NCBI GenBank assembly: GCA_964463155.1 | Contig: CAYXAY010000032.1 | Location: 1 to 8,099 of the forward strand | Source: an uncultured archaeon | GTDB taxonomy: Archaea; Iainarchaeota; Iainarchaeia; Iainarchaeales; CSSED10-239 | Direction of reading: 5' to 3' | DNA: 8,099 nt | Shown: piece after piece, positions 5,642 to 8,099 of the stretch | Position numbering within the stretch: position 1 is the stretch's first letter | Layout of the letters: every line of letters begins with the position of its first letter | Position numbers and translations under genes: made by a program | Notes under the pieces: model-generated | What the model saw: only the letters and a program-made list of their open reading frames with translations | The model's database searches: none | What the model was told of the DNA's origin: nothing

Positions 5642-6316
5642 CTATTTTAATTTCTTTTCTAATTGATCATAGTATTCTAAGCTTAGCTTTCTTATGTCTT
5701 TTAGTATTGGAATAACAATTTTTCTATCCTCTAAAAGATTTAATCTTTCTTCAAACCAAGTTATCCAAACATCTTTTCCTGATTTTTTCACTTGATATTT
5801 GATTTCATCTAAGATAACATTCCAGTTAGGGTTTGTTCTAGCAATTGATTGACAATCGCCAATATCTCCATCTCTGTCTGTGATGCTTTTGAAAACTAAG
5901 ATGTCTTCTAAGGAACAAGCAAATAGTTTTATGTTTTTATATTCTTTTATTAGTTTAGCTCTTTTAATCATGTTATCGCTAAGAAACAGATTATTACATA
6001 CAATTTTATTAAAAATATCAAATCTGTAGTTGTCTTTGATTAGTATATTTTCTAAATTTAGTTTGTGGTATTCTCTTGTTGGTTTTTCAAGTGTGAAATC
6101 ATTTTTCTTGAGTGTATTGATCAATGATTCATATTCTTCTTTAGAATTAACAATCAAGTCTATGTCTTTTGTTCCTGGTTTAAGGTTGTGATAAAGAAGT
6201 ACTGCTCCGCCTATCAGGTAGACATTTATCTTATTTCTAATATTTTTGTTAATTTCATCGAATGCTTCAGATATTTGAGTAAAATCAGTTATATATTTTT
6301 CCATTTTATTAATCAC
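5642..6316 (-). CDS. Pol-beta-superfamily nucleotidyltransferase, minimal (about 220 aa); putative toxin/effector of an AbiE-like pair
   Basis: The signature LIGGAVLLYHNLKPGTKDIDLIV (nt 6158-6211) fits G[GS]-x(9-13)-DxD. The probable third acidic residue is in YRFDIF. The C-terminal helical part with VFKSITDRDGDIGDCQSI resembles the K..R.kD..D motif of archaeal DUF2204/DUF6036-type NTases (from memory). The start is GTG 6316 overlapping the upstream TGA (GTGA), or ATG 6304, 8 nt after it. Confidence 0.7.
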   Translation of the reverse strand: MINKMEKYITDFTQISEAFDEINKNIRNKINVYLIGGAVLLYHNLKPGTKDIDLIVNSKEEYESLINTLKKNDFTLEKPTREYHKLNLENILIKDNYRFDIFNKIVCNNLFLSDNMIKRAKLIKEYKNIKLFACSLEDILVFKSITDRDGDIGDCQSIARTNPNWNVILDEIKYQVKKSGKDVWITWFEERLNLLEDRKIVIPILKDIRKLSLEYYDQLEKKLK

Positions 6317-7257
6317 ATCTTTATATCATATACTTTTGCTTTTTCTTTTATTTCTTTTAGTGGAGGATATCTTTCTATTTTTTCTCCAGAAAAGATTCTA
6401 TTTAGATTATCTAGTATTTCGTGTTTAATATCTTTAAATTCATTTTTATATTTATAGTAATAGAAAGCAAGATACATTCTATCTCTAAATTCTTTTGTTT
6501 TTTCTACAATTGCTAAGGTGTGTAGTAGTATATCTTGCTTAGTTAGTTGTTTCTTTGGTAGGTAATAGAAGTTTTCAAGAGTATAGATAAGTAGGTTATA
6601 GTCTTTAAACGCAGAAAAGGAAGTTAATGTTGCATCTATATTTTGTTTTATTGAAAACACTATTTCTTTTTCGTTTTTGTAGTAAATTGTTGAACCAACA
6701 GGCACTCTATAATCATAGTTATCTTGAAAACTTTTATATTCTTTTAAAAAATCAATTAAATCTGGCCAAACACTATAATTAACTATATATTCTTTATTTT
6801 CTTTAATAAATATAGATCTTCCTTGTGCTTTTTTTATAAATTGTTTTATAGTTATTTCTTTTAGTCCTGTTTCTTTTACGATTTCTGTTATTGTTTTTTT
6901 ATCAAGGGCAGTAGTTAGTATTTTTATTCCAGAGTTAGGTAATATTTCGATTAGATTTTTATTTACAAGTAGTTTTCTTAATTTCAAAGCAAAAGGATAT
7001 TCTGAGACAGAAAGTTTTTGTTTATCTTTAGTTATTAGTTTTTCTCTTATAAGTACACCAATCATTTCACTTATATGTGTTTTATTCATTTTAATATTTT
7101 CAAGTATTTTACTTAATCTGTTATTTCCTTGACAGATTTCATAAAACACAAGTAATTGAGTTCTCGTAAACATAAGTATATTTATATCCGAACTACATAT
7201 AAATGATTCGGTTTTCAGCACATTTTTAGTAGTGCATTCTAATATATTTAAAAGCAA
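6313..7257 (-). CDS. Tandem winged-helix (MarR/TrmB-like) DNA-binding protein with about 150-aa C-terminal domain of unknown family; putative regulator/antitoxin partner of the NTase
   Basis: wHTH-like segment 1 is FTRTQLLVFYEICQGNNRLSKILENIKMNKTHISEMIGVLIREKLI. Segment 2 is KKTITEIVKETGLKEITIKQFIKKAQGRSIFI. The track start is TTG 7257. ATG 7173 (MFTRTQLL...) is more plausible because a minus-strand TATA-like TTTAAATAT (about 7242-7250) lies inside the TTG extension. The gene is translationally coupled to the NTase gene. Confidence 0.7.
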   Translation of the reverse strand: MLLNILECTTKNVLKTESFICSSDINILMFTRTQLLVFYEICQGNNRLSKILENIKMNKTHISEMIGVLIREKLITKDKQKLSVSEYPFALKLRKLLVNKNLIEILPNSGIKILTTALDKKTITEIVKETGLKEITIKQFIKKAQGRSIFIKENKEYIVNYSVWPDLIDFLKEYKSFQDNYDYRVPVGSTIYYKNEKEIVFSIKQNIDATLTSFSAFKDYNLLIYTLENFYYLPKKQLTKQDILLHTLAIVEKTKEFRDRMYLAFYYYKYKNEFKDIKHEILDNLNRIFSGEKIERYPPLKEIKEKAKVYDIKM

Positions 7258-7328
7258 GTTTTTGAAATTTTGTAAAATTGAGAAAACATAACTTTTTTTA
7301 ACACAATTACAAAAAATCTAGACGGCAG

Positions 7329-7338
7329 ATTTAAATAG
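7329..7338. promoter_or_regulatory. Palindromic archaeal TATA-box candidate (ATTTAAAT core) in the divergent intergenic region between the HTH-NTase operon and hicBA
   Basis: GATTTAAATAGG matches the TTTAWATA consensus. The ATTTAAAT core reads the same on both strands. It sits 56 nt upstream of hicB ATG 7393 and 72 nt upstream of the minus-strand TTG 7257. Confidence 0.35.
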
Positions 7339-7348
7339 GTGGAGATAC

Positions 7349-7377
7349 ATGATTTACATATATTTTTAATGATTTAC
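7349..7377 (+). repeat. Direct repeat ATGATTTAC x2 (7349-7357 and 7369-7377), 20-nt periodicity, between the TATA box and the hicB start; possible operator
   Basis: The exact 9-mer is seen twice, two helical turns apart. In such an AT-rich spacer this is not statistically compelling alone. Confidence 0.25.
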
Positions 7378-7392
7378 TAGTTTAATAACTAT

Positions 7393-7623
7393 ATGAAAGG
7401 AAAGAGAAAGAAAATGGAAACTACATATAATATAATTATTGAGAAAGACAAAGCTGGTTGGTATATTGCAGAAGTTTTAGAATTACCTGGCTGTTATTCT
7501 CAAGCAAAAAGCATGGATGAATTAGTTAAGAGAACAAGAGAAGCAATTAAATGTCATTTACTTGAATCTAAGATAGAGGTTCCTGTTTCTAATTTTATCG
7601 GAATACAACAATTAAGGGTGTAA
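7393..7623 (+). CDS. hicB: HicB-family antitoxin (UPF0150 / partial RNase H-like fold), N-terminal domain only with no RHH/HTH DNA-binding extension
   Basis: YNIIIEKDKAGWYIAEVLELPGCYSQAKSMDELVKRTREAIKCHL matches the classic pattern y.v.ie.d.dG.y.a.vp.lpGc.sqG.t.eEa..n..eAi. The alternative start ATG 7414 (METTYN...) gives a more family-typical 69 aa. Confidence 0.9.
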   Translation: MKGKRKKMETTYNIIIEKDKAGWYIAEVLELPGCYSQAKSMDELVKRTREAIKCHLLESKIEVPVSNFIGIQQLRV

Positions 7624-7629
7624 ATCCTT

Positions 7630-7863
7630 TTGAAAGAATTACCTTTGTTAACTGGAAAAGAATTAGGAAAGGTAATAGTTAAACTAGGTTATAAGTATGA
7701 CCACACTTCTGGAAGCCATATGACCTTTATTAATTTAAAAGAAAACAAGAAGATAACGATTCCAAACCACGGTTCTGAATCAATAAGGCCTGGGCTTCTT
7801 CTAAAGATAATAAAGAAAGACCTAGGAATAACAAAAGAAGAATTCCTAGAACTATTAAAATAG
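7630..7863 (+). CDS. hicA: HicA-family mRNA interferase toxin (YcfA-like)
   Basis: TGKELGKVIVKLGYKYDHTSGSHMTFIN...KITIPNHGSESIRPGLLLKIIKKDLGITKEEFLELL has the GSH catalytic-His motif and the IP.H...i..g.l..Ilk..gi tail. TTG start 6 nt after the hicB stop. Confidence 0.9.
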   Translation: MKELPLLTGKELGKVIVKLGYKYDHTSGSHMTFINLKENKKITIPNHGSESIRPGLLLKIIKKDLGITKEEFLELLK

Positions 7864-7899
7864 TTACTTATTTAAAGAGTTTTAACTAATCTAATTAAT

Positions 7900-8085
7900 A
7901 TGAAACATCCAAATAAGGAAATAATGCTACAAGTTCTAAAGCTTTCAAAAGAGAACAAGAATACCTGTGCCGCATTTATTGTTAAGGATAATAAAATTAT
8001 TTCTAAGGATATTTGTCATTATAGTGAATACAAAAAAGGGCAATTTATTAAATCCTCGGCAGTATACTGCACATTTATGTGCTGA
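7900..8085 (+). CDS. Short ORF resembling the N-terminus of a CMP/dCMP deaminase; apparently truncated or degenerate
   Basis: KEIMLQVLKLSKENKNTCAAFIVKDNKIIS resembles the dCMP-deaminase N-terminus (..A.l.a.RStC....VGAvIVKd.rIis). No HAE or PCxxC zinc motifs follow. The ORF ends in tandem stops, TGATGA (8083-8088), at 61 aa. Confidence 0.3.
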   Translation: MKHPNKEIMLQVLKLSKENKNTCAAFIVKDNKIISKDICHYSEYKKGQFIKSSAVYCTFMC

Positions 8086-8099
8086 TGAATGCCGAATAA

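Noticed and set aside
6188-6457. 89-aa plus-strand ORF
   Set aside because: It spans the junction of the two minus-strand genes in antisense. The F/I/S-rich product is a shadow of K/E/N-rich sense coding.
1-8099. Search for tRNA/rRNA genes, CRISPR repeats, transposase or integrase genes, and terminal inverted repeats flanking the TA islet
   Set aside because: I saw no GC-rich structured RNA-like segments, no regularly spaced repeats and no recombinase-like ORFs on either strand. The only repeats found are short AT-rich ones, reported separately with caveats.

Overview
Gene-dense, very AT-rich 8.1 kb window. It is most likely from a small-genome archaeon (DPANN-like). The grounds are a canonical deoxyhypusine synthase, TTTAAATA-type TATA boxes about 25-30 nt upstream of start codons, and little Shine-Dalgarno signal. 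The left part (1-3594) is housekeeping or physiology: a 5'-truncated methionyl-tRNA synthetase, then deoxyhypusine synthase 2 nt downstream. A 110-aa two-TM pore-loop channel-like protein with a degenerate selectivity filter is translationally coupled to it by an ATGA overlap. Next come a CYTH-domain protein and a convergent TspO/MBR membrane protein. The middle (3600-5519) is a same-strand run of poorly characterisable genes: a small 2-TM protein with a CSCGPNCEC tail, a coiled-coil protein, and a TM-anchored coiled-coil protein. The papain/transglutaminase-like catalytic Cys motif of that last protein (GDCEDFS) lies in a different frame, upstream of any usable start codon, so the gene appears split by a +1 frameshift. 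The right part (5642-8085) looks like an accessory toxin-antitoxin/defence islet. It holds a minus-strand operon of a tandem winged-helix protein coupled to a minimal GG...DxD nucleotidyltransferase (AbiE-like architecture but atypical), divergently abutting a hicB-hicA pair. A short dCMP-deaminase-like ORF fragment lies at the window edge. I saw no rRNA, tRNA, CRISPR array, transposase or integrase. All family assignments come from motif recognition by eye and no searches were run.
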